64,000 nt of DNA from Desulfobacterales bacterium (GTDB lineage Bacteria; Desulfobacterota; Desulfobulbia; Desulfobulbales; BM004). Both the position numbers and the translations under genes were made by a program. Location: the NCBI GenBank assembly GCA_021647905.1, contig JAKITW010000005.1, positions 181 through 64,180 on the forward strand, read 5' to 3'. Below, piece after piece: positions 1 through 7,562 of the stretch; within the stretch, counting starts at the first letter, position 1, and the number at the start of each line of letters is the position of its first letter. The notes beneath the pieces are model-generated. The model ran no database searches, had not been told where the DNA came from, and saw only the letters and a list, made by a program, of their open reading frames with translations.

Positions 1-1
1 T

Positions 2-442
2 ATGGAGAGATTCCGCCTCGAAAAGGTGCTGACCCACCGGCGTACCCTGGAGACCATGGCCCGGCAGGAACTGGCCGCGGCCCAGCAGCTGGAACAAGAG
101 ATCCTGTTGGAAGTTGACGCGGCCCGGAGGCGTCTGGCTGCCTGTGACCAGGAATTCGAGCGGTTAAAGCGGGCCGGCTTGACCTCCCAGGAGTTGATCC
201 TCCATCAGGAGCACCTCGGCCGCCAGGCCGAACATCTGGCTGCACTGCAGGAACGCCGGGGACTGGTCCGCCGGGATATTGACTCGCGCCGGGACCTGCT
301 GATCGCGGCCAGCATGGATAAACGCCTGCTGGAAAAATTTAAGGAAAAAAAGGACCGGCAGTTCCGCCGGGAATTGCTCCGCAAGGAAAACAACATCCTG
401 GACGAGATCGCCATCCGGCAATTCCATAACAGCGGGCGGTGA
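2..442 (+). CDS. fliJ: flagellar export chaperone FliJ
   Basis: 146-aa charged coiled-coil ORF rich in R/E/L/Q with no TM segment. It lies directly upstream of the MotE-like gene and fliK, the usual fliJ position. Confidence 0.7.
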   Translation: MERFRLEKVLTHRRTLETMARQELAAAQQLEQEILLEVDAARRRLAACDQEFERLKRAGLTSQELILHQEHLGRQAEHLAALQERRGLVRRDIDSRRDLLIAASMDKRLLEKFKEKKDRQFRRELLRKENNILDEIAIRQFHNSGR

Positions 443-492
443 AGTTCCAGGGTTGAGTCCCCGGATGAATAAATGAATGGTTACGAGGTGAT

Positions 493-1026
493 GTGATGCG
501 TTTAAGATTTCCCGCGACCACTGCCATGCTGTTCGGAGCGCTTCTGCTCCTCCCTGCTCTGATTCATTCCGTGGCGGTCGCTGCCCGGGAAACTCCGGCG
601 GCCGCAGTGCCGGAGTCGGTGGAAGAGCGGCGGCTGCTTTATGACATGGGCCGGGAACAGGCCCGCCTGCAGGCCGAATATCAACAACGGCTCCAACAAC
701 TTGACCTGCGTGAAATTGAGCTAAAGACTCTGGCCGGTGAGGTCGAGAAGAAACTAAACGAATTAAAGAAGCTCCGGGAATCGGTGCAACAGCTCCTGGC
801 GGTAAAGAACGCTGTTGAAGCCAGGCGGATCAAGGGTCTCAGCAAGATGTACGCCAAGATGGCGCCGGCCCAGGCCGCCAATCTGCTGACCGGCCTGGAG
901 CAGGACCTGGCGGTCGCTATCCTGGCGGGCATGGCTCCCAAGTCGGGAGCAAAGATTCTGGACAGTATGCCGGTCAAGATCGCAACCACCCTTTCAGTGG
1001 CGTACTCCTCGCTGGAAAAACAGTGA
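493..1026 (+). CDS. MotE / MgtE-N-domain flagellar protein (signal peptide plus coiled coil)
   Basis: 177 aa with an N-terminal signal/TM segment and a central coiled coil. The C-terminal region (MAPAQAANLL...LAVAILAGMAPKSGAKIL) looks like an MgtE_N-type domain. This gene type typically sits between fliJ and fliK. Confidence 0.55.
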   Translation: MMRLRFPATTAMLFGALLLLPALIHSVAVAARETPAAAVPESVEERRLLYDMGREQARLQAEYQQRLQQLDLREIELKTLAGEVEKKLNELKKLRESVQQLLAVKNAVEARRIKGLSKMYAKMAPAQAANLLTGLEQDLAVAILAGMAPKSGAKILDSMPVKIATTLSVAYSSLEKQ

Positions 1027-1113
1027 AAGGATTGTCCGGGTGGCCCGGCAGACAGGTGGCAACCGGTCATTGGGCAATAAGGCCTGCAATCCTGGTGGCC
1101 GCTTACAACAGAT

Positions 1114-2856
1114 ATGAAAGGAGGGTATATCCCCGTGCTGTCCGTAATGCCTGGCCCATCCCTGAACTCGCCGGCCAAAGATGCTGGATCGGTTGTTGCG
1201 GAGAAGCCGGGAGTTGATTTCGCCGTAATGCTGGCAACGGAAGCCGGGGTCCGGCCCACCGGCCCGGCCGGGCCGGCACTGCTTGAAGCAGATGGACTTG
1301 GCCCGGGTTGCCCGGAGTCTTCTTCCGATGACCGCGGCCCGGTCGAATTCGATCCGGCTGGTCCCCTGGCCCCGGGTTTGATCGCGGCCGGCCGGGAGAT
1401 TGCTCCGGTTTCCGGTTCTGTTGCTGCCGCAACTGTGTTGCCCGGTCCGGCAGAGGGACATGACCGGTCCCGGCCATTGGCTGAGACTGCTCCGAATCCT
1501 GGTTCTGTTGCCGCGGCGGTGTTGCCCGGTCCGGCAGCGGGGGATGACCGGTCCCGGCCATTGGTTGAGACTGCTCCGAATCCTGGTCCTGTTGCTGCCG
1601 CAACGGTGTTGCCCGGTCCGGCAGCGGGGCATGACCGGTCCCGGCCAGTCACCAACGACATCACCCGGCCTCTGCAGTCGCGCATCGCCGGGGCCGCCAT
1701 CCCGCTGTTGTTTTCCAGGGATTTCAATGGGGCGATGACGCCCGCGGCCTTGAACAGCCAGGGCGAAAGACATTCCTCACCGTTTGCCGCGGGTCTGGCC
1801 GGCGAATCCGGTAAAGACAATATTTTGACATCCGGACATGACTCGCTTTCCGCTTTGGAGGTGGCCCGGCGGGTTATGGAAAATGATTATCCCGCGTCAG
1901 CGGTTGCCGGGAGTCTCAATCGGCCGCAATCCGGGCGGCCGGCGCGAAGCGGGTTTCCCTTGCAACCGTTGCCAGCCGGTACCGGGCATCTGGCCGGGCC
2001 GTTTCCTCCCCCCACTGTTGCCGGCAGCAGCGCCGGGGTAACATTGTTGTCCGGCGTACAGCCGGCGGACGGTGCGCGGCCGGCCCTTGTCCCTGGCAAT
2101 GTTCCGTCCGGCCATGGCCCGGCCCCAGGCCAGCGGAACCAGATTGACGCCGCTGTTTTTCAGGCTGCCGGCGATTCTCCGGCCCGGCGGCTGGGAACCC
2201 CGCCCACCCCGGTCCCCACTGTTGCCGGGCTGGAATCGCGGCCGGCCGGCCCGTTCGAGCAGGCTCCACGGCCTGCCGGGGAAGAGCCGCCGGGCCCCGC
2301 GGGCCGGGAGTTGACCACTGTTTTGCCGGCAGCCGCGGCCTTGTCCGGCAACGGGCCCAGGCCCGGCCCAGGCCCGGCCCATCCGCCGTTGCATCCGAAC
2401 CATGGCCTGACCGGTCCTGACCGCCGAATCATTGACCAACTGGTGAACCGGGTGATCTTTTCCCGTTCAAACCAGGGTACCAGCCTGGTCCTGACCCTTC
2501 ATCCCAGGGAACTCGGCGAGGTCCGTATTGAACTGGTCGCTGACAAGGACGGCCTGCAGGCGCATCTCTATTCCCGGAACCAGCAGGTCCAGGATGTCCT
2601 GGAAAGGCACCTGCCCCGGTTGCGCGAGGCCTTTGAGCAGCAGGGGCTGAAGATACATGATCTCCAGGTCGGCGGCGATGCCCGCCGTGACGCTGATACC
2701 GGTTCCAGGCCCGATCAGGGGCCATCCTATTATTCCCGGCCCGGTGTTGCCCCGGCCGTTGCCGCGGCCAACAGGGCCGAACCGGATCGGCCGGTTGAAC
2801 CGTTCCCGGTTGCCACCGGCTGGTCAGGCGTGTCAGGCTTCAGCCTGCGAATATAG
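1114..2856 (+). CDS. fliK: flagellar hook-length control protein FliK
   Basis: 580 aa with a long Pro/Ala/Gly-rich disordered region. The C-terminal Flg_hook-like domain reads LVLTLHPRELGEVRIELVADKDGLQAHLYSRNQQVQDVLERHLPRLREAFEQQGL. It lies immediately upstream of flgD-flgE. Confidence 0.85.
   Translation: MKGGYIPVLSVMPGPSLNSPAKDAGSVVAEKPGVDFAVMLATEAGVRPTGPAGPALLEADGLGPGCPESSSDDRGPVEFDPAGPLAPGLIAAGREIAPVSGSVAAATVLPGPAEGHDRSRPLAETAPNPGSVAAAVLPGPAAGDDRSRPLVETAPNPGPVAAATVLPGPAAGHDRSRPVTNDITRPLQSRIAGAAIPLLFSRDFNGAMTPAALNSQGERHSSPFAAGLAGESGKDNILTSGHDSLSALEVARRVMENDYPASAVAGSLNRPQSGRPARSGFPLQPLPAGTGHLAGPFPPPTVAGSSAGVTLLSGVQPADGARPALVPGNVPSGHGPAPGQRNQIDAAVFQAAGDSPARRLGTPPTPVPTVAGLESRPAGPFEQAPRPAGEEPPGPAGRELTTVLPAAAALSGNGPRPGPGPAHPPLHPNHGLTGPDRRIIDQLVNRVIFSRSNQGTSLVLTLHPRELGEVRIELVADKDGLQAHLYSRNQQVQDVLERHLPRLREAFEQQGLKIHDLQVGGDARRDADTGSRPDQGPSYYSRPGVAPAVAAANRAEPDRPVEPFPVATGWSGVSGFSLRI
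1414..1647 (+). repeat. in-frame tandem repeat inside fliK (87/84/63 nt, about 2.7 copies of a 28-29 aa unit)
   Basis: Units start at 1414, 1501 and 1585. The peptide unit is GSVAAATVLPGPAEGHDRSRPLAETAPNP, and copies differ by a 3-nt indel and a few substitutions. Confidence 0.9.
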
Positions 2857-2881
2857 AAATTCAAGAAGGAGGTAAAAGCTG

Positions 2882-3547
2882 ATGGTGGTCAGTGTAGCTG
2901 ATATCGCGCCTGCCGGCGCTTCGAGTAACGGAACCATTGCCAGTGGTTCGATTCTGGGCAAGGATCAGTTCCTGCAACTCCTGGTGGCCCAGTTACAGAA
3001 CCAGGACCCGCTAAAACCCCTTGACCCGACGGAGTTTACCGCGCAGTTGGCCCAGTTCAGTTCCCTTGAGCAGTTGTTCAGCGCCAACGAGAGTCTCTCC
3101 CGGATGGTCCAGGCCAGCCGGGATAATCAGGAACTGGGCCGGTTGTCGGCCGTGGGGCTGATCGGCCGCCGGGTCGAGGTCGCTGGGGCGGATTTTCATT
3201 ACCGCGACACCCCGGTCGAGTTCGGGTATACCCTTGACGCCCCGGCGGCAGCGGTCAGGGCGCGGATCCTGGACTCCAGCGGCCAGGTGGTGGCGGTCCT
3301 GCCGCAGGACCAGACCGGCCCGGGCCGCCATTATTCCTCCTGGGACGGAGACGGACTGGCCGGGCGCTCCCTGCCGCCCGGGGATTACCGGCTGCAGGTG
3401 GAGCGGGTCGACAGGGAATCGGCCACCGCTGTTCCAACCCGGATCCGGGGGGTGGTGGCTGGTGTGGATCTGGACAGCCAGGGCAGTATCCTGGCGACCA
3501 GTGCCGGCGAGTTCGGCCTGGCGGAGGTCGTAAGCGTGACGGATTGA
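2882..3547 (+). CDS. flgD: flagellar hook capping/assembly protein FlgD
   Basis: 221 aa with the N-terminal FlgD signature LGKDQFLQLLVAQLQNQDPLKPLDPTEFTAQLAQFSSLEQ. A GGAGG RBS is upstream, and the gene lies between fliK and flgE. Confidence 0.9.
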   Translation: MVVSVADIAPAGASSNGTIASGSILGKDQFLQLLVAQLQNQDPLKPLDPTEFTAQLAQFSSLEQLFSANESLSRMVQASRDNQELGRLSAVGLIGRRVEVAGADFHYRDTPVEFGYTLDAPAAAVRARILDSSGQVVAVLPQDQTGPGRHYSSWDGDGLAGRSLPPGDYRLQVERVDRESATAVPTRIRGVVAGVDLDSQGSILATSAGEFGLAEVVSVTD

Positions 3548-3549
3548 TG

Positions 3550-3707
3550 GTAAGTGATCACAGGCACCCCATCTTCGCACGATCGCTCCTGCCCGCATAG
3601 GCGGACTATAGCGGCCGGTCACGCTTGCGCAAATCTGCGGCACCTGTGGTCACTTACAGGTTTGGGGGTAATAATATCACAGAGTTATACACCCAGTGAT
3701 CAGTTAC
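3550..3707 (+). repeat. family-A structured intergenic element, diverged copy (A1)
   Basis: Same architecture as the copies at 17779, 44839 and 61531. The 5' arm GTAAGTGATCACAGG (3550-3564) is followed by the conserved block GCACCCCATCTTCGC. The complementary 3' arm CCTGTGGTCACTTAC is at 3643-3657, and a second arm copy CCCAGTGATCAGTTAC is at 3692-3707. Confidence 0.6.
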
Positions 3708-3798
3708 GATTGATGAAATGGTGCCGGTACCACTTGTAACCGGTTGGTTTCGCACAGTGGCATTTGAAAAAGTTGAGCTTTTTACGAGTTCATCAAAA

Positions 3799-3902
3799 TT
3801 GTCGGTCTCGCAACAACCCGCTCGACGGAGGTGATTCGTCTTGTAACTTGTTGATTTTATTGGGTGGCATTTGAAGCCTTTCGGGTTGTTACGAGTTCAT
3901 CA
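3799..3902 (+). repeat. family-B 104-bp leader repeat, copy 1 (upstream of flgE)
   Basis: 103/104 identical to 5373-5476 and ends 20 nt before the flgE ATG. It contains a 9-bp long-range complement, AACAACCCG (3812-3820) with CGGGTTGTT (3882-3890). Confidence 0.9.
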
Positions 3903-3921
3903 AAATTAACGGAGGACAATC

Positions 3922-5196
3922 ATGGGCATTCTATCTTCTCTCTACAGTGGTGTCAGCGGCCTTGCCATTAATGCCAACGCCATGAGCGTGATCGGCAACA
4001 ACATCGCCAACAACAACACCATCGGCTTCAAGACCGGGCGGATGCTCTTTTCCGACCTGCTCTCCAGTTCGGTGTCCGGTTCCGGCGGCACCAGCCAGGT
4101 GGGCCGCGGGGTCGGCTTTTCCTGCATTGACAACATCTTCAGCCAGGGAACCCTGGAAAATACCGAGCAGAATACTGACCTGGCCATTGAGGGCGATGGC
4201 TTCTTCATGGTCAAGGAACCGATCACCGGCGGTACTCTTTATACCCGGGCCGGGGCCTTTCGCTTTAACGCCGACGGCTATCTGACCAACCCGGAAGGGC
4301 TGCACGTCCAGGGCTATGCGCTGAACAGCCTCGGCAATATCTCCGGCGCCTTGACCGATATCCAGGTGGACACCATGTCCCTGAGCGCGCCCAAGGAGAC
4401 CGAAAACATCGCGCTGGCGACTAATCTCGATTCCGGTGCGCCCTACCTGGGGCCGTTCGATGTCCTGGATCCGAGCAATACCAGCAACTACGCCAACTCC
4501 CTCAATATCTACGATTCCCTGGGCAATGCGCACCTGCTGCAGACCTATTTCACCAAAATGGACCCGGCGACCAATCCCCTGGAATGGGAGTGGAACGCGA
4601 CCGTGGATGGCGCCGAACTGGGCGGGGCCGCCGGCCCGGTGGTGGTGGGCAGCGGTACGTTGCTTTTTGATATCAACGGTGAGATGACCGCGGCCAATCC
4701 CCCGACCCAGTCGACCCTGGCGGGCGTGCTGACCTGGGACAACAATTCCGATCAGACCCAGCAACTCGATCTGACGTTCAAAACCACCCAGTACTCCAGC
4801 GCCTCGGTGGTGATTTCCCAGTCCCAGGACGGCTACACCACCGGCAGCATCGCCCAGTTGTCCATTGACAACCAGGGCAATGTCCTGGGCAACTACTCAA
4901 ACGGCCAGCCCCGCAAGCTATTTCAGCTCGCCCTGGCCAGGTTCAGCAACCCGGCCGGCCTGGTAAAGCAGGGGAACAACATGTTCGCCGACGGCACCGA
5001 GTCGGGTAACGCCATTGTCGGCACCGTTGGTTCCGGCATCGGCAAGATCTTTACCAATGCCCTTGAACAGTCCAACGTGGACATTGCCCAGGAGTTCATC
5101 AACATGATCACGGTCCAACGCGGTTTTCAGGCCAGTTCGAAGATCATCACCACCACCGACGAGATGCTCAACGACCTGATCAATCTCAAGCGTTAG
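3922..5196 (+). CDS. flgE: flagellar hook protein FlgE
   Basis: 424 aa. The N-terminus SGLAINANAMSVIGNNIANNNTIGFK and C-terminus SNVDIAQEFINMITVQRGFQASSKIITTTDEMLNDLINLKR are canonical rod/hook family termini. GGAGGA RBS present. Confidence 0.95.
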   Translation: MGILSSLYSGVSGLAINANAMSVIGNNIANNNTIGFKTGRMLFSDLLSSSVSGSGGTSQVGRGVGFSCIDNIFSQGTLENTEQNTDLAIEGDGFFMVKEPITGGTLYTRAGAFRFNADGYLTNPEGLHVQGYALNSLGNISGALTDIQVDTMSLSAPKETENIALATNLDSGAPYLGPFDVLDPSNTSNYANSLNIYDSLGNAHLLQTYFTKMDPATNPLEWEWNATVDGAELGGAAGPVVVGSGTLLFDINGEMTAANPPTQSTLAGVLTWDNNSDQTQQLDLTFKTTQYSSASVVISQSQDGYTTGSIAQLSIDNQGNVLGNYSNGQPRKLFQLALARFSNPAGLVKQGNNMFADGTESGNAIVGTVGSGIGKIFTNALEQSNVDIAQEFINMITVQRGFQASSKIITTTDEMLNDLINLKR

Positions 5197-5221
5197 GGCT
5201 GGTCAAATTTTTGACTTGTTC

Positions 5222-5253
5222 GGGCCGGTCTTTCGAGACCGGCCCTTTTTTTT
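5222..5253 (+). terminator. intrinsic terminator after flgE
   Basis: GGGCCGGTC-TTTCGA-GACCGGCCC hairpin followed by a T8 run, 26 nt after the flgE stop. Confidence 0.8.
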
Positions 5254-5307
5254 ATCGTCGCGGGTGTAACCTGCTGTAAACAGGTGGATGTTTTTTTACG
5301 GAAAGCA

Positions 5308-5323
5308 TGGCACACGGTTTGCT
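5308..5323 (+). promoter_or_regulatory. sigma-54 (RpoN) -24/-12 promoter upstream of motA
   Basis: TGGCAC-ACGGT-TTGCT matches the TGGCAC-N5-TTGCW consensus exactly. It lies between the flgE terminator and motA, about 170 nt before the motA ATG. Confidence 0.65.
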
Positions 5324-5372
5324 ATTCCCCTCCGGGAATGATCTTCTCCCTCTTGCGGGGGTGATACTACTT

Positions 5373-5476
5373 TTGTCGGTCTCGCAACAACCCGCTCGAC
5401 GGACGTGATTCGTCTTGTAACTTGTTGATTTTATTGGGTGGCATTTGAAGCCTTTCGGGTTGTTACGAGTTCATCA
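5373..5476 (+). repeat. family-B 104-bp leader repeat, copy 2 (upstream of motA)
   Basis: 103/104 identical to 3799-3902. It lies between the sigma-54 promoter and the motA start, ending 20 nt before the ATG. Confidence 0.9.
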
Positions 5477-5495
5477 CTTTTAAGGTAAGGCATTT

Positions 5496-6269
5496 ATGGA
5501 TCTGTCCACCCTCCTGGGAATCGTTGCATCATTTACCTTGATGATCCTGGCCATTCTGTCGGGCGGCTCGATTTTTCTGTTTTTCAATGTCCCGTCGGTG
5601 ATCATCGTGGTCGGGGCCACGATCGGTTCGACCTTTATCCATTATCCGTTCCGGGATATCTTCGGGGCCGCCGCAGTGTGCAAGAAGGCATTTTTTCATC
5701 GTGAGCCGACCCTGCGGGAAACGGTTGCGCAACTGGTCCGTTTTGCCGGCAAGGCCCGCAAGGAAGGGATACTCGCCCTGCAGGAGGTGGCCGGCGAGAT
5801 CCAGGACCCCTTTTTCCTCAAGTCGCTGCAGATGGCCATCGACGGCCTGGAGGCCGAAGACCTCCGGCAGATGCTGGAAAGGGAGATTGAGTATATCCAG
5901 GGACGGCATGAGGATGGGGCGGATATCTTTGTCGCCATGGGAACCTATGCCCCGGCAATGGGGATGATCGGCACCCTGATCGGCCTGGTGCAGATGCTGC
6001 AGACCATGAACGATCCATCGACCATTGGCCCGGCCATGGCCGTGGCCCTGTTGACCACCTTTTACGGGGCGATCATCGCCAACGTCATCTGCATGCCGAT
6101 TGCCGGCAAGCTGCGCAACCGGTCCCAGAAGGAGATTCTGCGCAAGACCCTGATCGTCGAGGGCATGCGCTGTGTGCTGGTGGGCGAGAATCCGCGGCTG
6201 ATGGAACAGCGGCTCCATGTTTTTCTCGCCCCCAGGCTGCGGGAGAGCAGCTTCGGCAAAAAAGGATAG
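5496..6269 (+). CDS. motA: flagellar stator protein MotA/PomA
   Basis: 257 aa with 4 TM segments and the MotA/ExbB-type channel region AMGMIGTLIGLVQML...GPAMAVALLTTFYGAIIAN. Followed by motB. Confidence 0.9.
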   Translation: MDLSTLLGIVASFTLMILAILSGGSIFLFFNVPSVIIVVGATIGSTFIHYPFRDIFGAAAVCKKAFFHREPTLRETVAQLVRFAGKARKEGILALQEVAGEIQDPFFLKSLQMAIDGLEAEDLRQMLEREIEYIQGRHEDGADIFVAMGTYAPAMGMIGTLIGLVQMLQTMNDPSTIGPAMAVALLTTFYGAIIANVICMPIAGKLRNRSQKEILRKTLIVEGMRCVLVGENPRLMEQRLHVFLAPRLRESSFGKKG

Positions 6270-6271
6270 CC

Positions 6272-7012
6272 ATGGCCAGGAAATCCAAAAAAGCGGCCCC
6301 CGGGGCCCCGGCATGGATGGTCACCTTCAGCGATATGGTGACCCTGCTGCTGACCTTTTTCGTACTCATGCTGTCGATGGCCAGCCTGGACAAGATGAAG
6401 TTCGAGGATGCGGCCGGTTCGCTGCGCAACGCCTTCGGGGTGATGAACGGGAGCAACATGACCGATATCACCAAACCCAAGGTGGTGGAGTTCGTACCGA
6501 TCAGCGATGATTTTGTCAGCCGGCTCTACCAGCGGATGTTAACCGAGTTCAAGCGGCTGAAGATCGATGCGCGGATTACCCTGGTCAAGGACCGGGGCGC
6601 GGTGGTCCTGCGGGTCAACGAATCTCTGCTGTTCGCGCCCGGGCAGACGCGGCTCCGGCCCGAAGCCTACCCGGCCCTGGCCGACATCGCCAGGCTGGTG
6701 CAGGACCTGCCGCTTCACCTGCGGATCGAGGGCCATGCCGACAATACCCCGGTCCGGGCCGAGGGGGTCAGCAACTGGGACATCTCCGTGGCCCGGGCGG
6801 TCTCTGTTCTCAAATATTTTGTCAGCAAGCGGCTGTTGCCGCTGGATCGGCTTTCCGCGGTGGGCTACGGTTCGCAGCGACCGGTGGCGGCAGGAGACAG
6901 CGCCGAGGCCCGGGCGATGAACCGGCGGGTCGATTTTGTTCTGGAGAGTATCGGCGGCAACCGGGATGAGCTGCCCTACCTGATCAATGTCAAGGACCAG
7001 ATGGCCTTTTAA
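6272..7012 (+). CDS. motB: flagellar stator protein MotB (OmpA-like C-terminal domain)
   Basis: 246 aa. The N-terminal plug/TM segment reads APAWMVTFSDMVTLLLTFFVLM. The C-terminal OmpA-like peptidoglycan-binding domain reads IEGHADNTP...NWDISVARA...NRRVDF. Confidence 0.9.
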   Translation: MARKSKKAAPGAPAWMVTFSDMVTLLLTFFVLMLSMASLDKMKFEDAAGSLRNAFGVMNGSNMTDITKPKVVEFVPISDDFVSRLYQRMLTEFKRLKIDARITLVKDRGAVVLRVNESLLFAPGQTRLRPEAYPALADIARLVQDLPLHLRIEGHADNTPVRAEGVSNWDISVARAVSVLKYFVSKRLLPLDRLSAVGYGSQRPVAAGDSAEARAMNRRVDFVLESIGGNRDELPYLINVKDQMAF

Positions 7013-7047
7013 CCCGCATTTTTTCAATATCGAACAGGGAGATAACC

Positions 7048-7554
7048 ATGGCTGAGGCAGCTGAGGCAGCGGTTGAGCAAAAGGGTGGCAAAAGGACAAT
7101 GATCATCATCGGGGGGGTGGTGCTCCTGTTGATGATCGGTTGCGGGGCGGGCGGCTATTTTTTCGGGGTGAAGAACAGCGGCAAGGCCGCGGCAGCCGAC
7201 GCCGCCGGGCTGGAACAGGCGTCCGGCACGGCGGCCGCGGCCAGCGCCGGCATCGGTTCGCTGCTGGCCATTGACGATATCATCGTCAACCTCCTTGACG
7301 ATCGCGAGACCCGCTACCTCAAGGCGGCCATCACCCTGGAGCTGGACAGCCCGGCCGTGGCCGAGGAGGTCGAGCAGCGCAAGCCCCAGGTGCGCGATGC
7401 GGTTCTGCTGCTGATGAGCAGCAAGACCTTTGCCGAACTGCGCGACCTGCAGGGCAAGCTGCAGCTCCGGGCGGAACTGTTGGAGCGGATCAACGGGTTT
7501 CTGCAGACCGGCAAGGTGAAAACCATTTATTTTACCGATTTTGTCGTGCAATAG
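7048..7554 (+). CDS. fliL: flagellar basal body-associated protein FliL
   Basis: 168 aa with a single N-terminal TM segment. FliL-like core: IVNLLDDRETRYLKAAITLEL...RDAVLLLMSSKTFAEL...LQLRAELLERIN. Confidence 0.8.
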   Translation: MAEAAEAAVEQKGGKRTMIIIGGVVLLLMIGCGAGGYFFGVKNSGKAAAADAAGLEQASGTAAAASAGIGSLLAIDDIIVNLLDDRETRYLKAAITLELDSPAVAEEVEQRKPQVRDAVLLLMSSKTFAELRDLQGKLQLRAELLERINGFLQTGKVKTIYFTDFVVQ

Positions 7555-7562
7555 GGGGGAGC

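Noticed and set aside
681-1820. 379-aa minus-strand ORF overlapping the motE-like gene and fliK. Similar long antisense ORFs include 42236-44074 (+, 612 aa, opposite sdhA), 48787-50253 (+, 488 aa), 35405-36292 (+), 39750-40697 (+), 15545-16516 (-), 57660-58637 (-) and 58875-59795 (-).
   Set aside because: Each lies antisense to an ORF with unmistakable family motifs. Their translations are low-complexity and rich in Arg/Pro/Gly, as expected from stop-codon depletion in about 60% GC DNA. None has an RBS or a recognisable domain.
3862-3877. TGGCAT-TTGAA-GCC inside the family-B repeat (also at 5436-5451) considered as a sigma-54 promoter for flgE and motA.
   Set aside because: The GG and GC dinucleotides are separated by 8 nt rather than the required 10, and no TTGC element is present. 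motA already has a perfect RpoN site upstream at 5308-5323.
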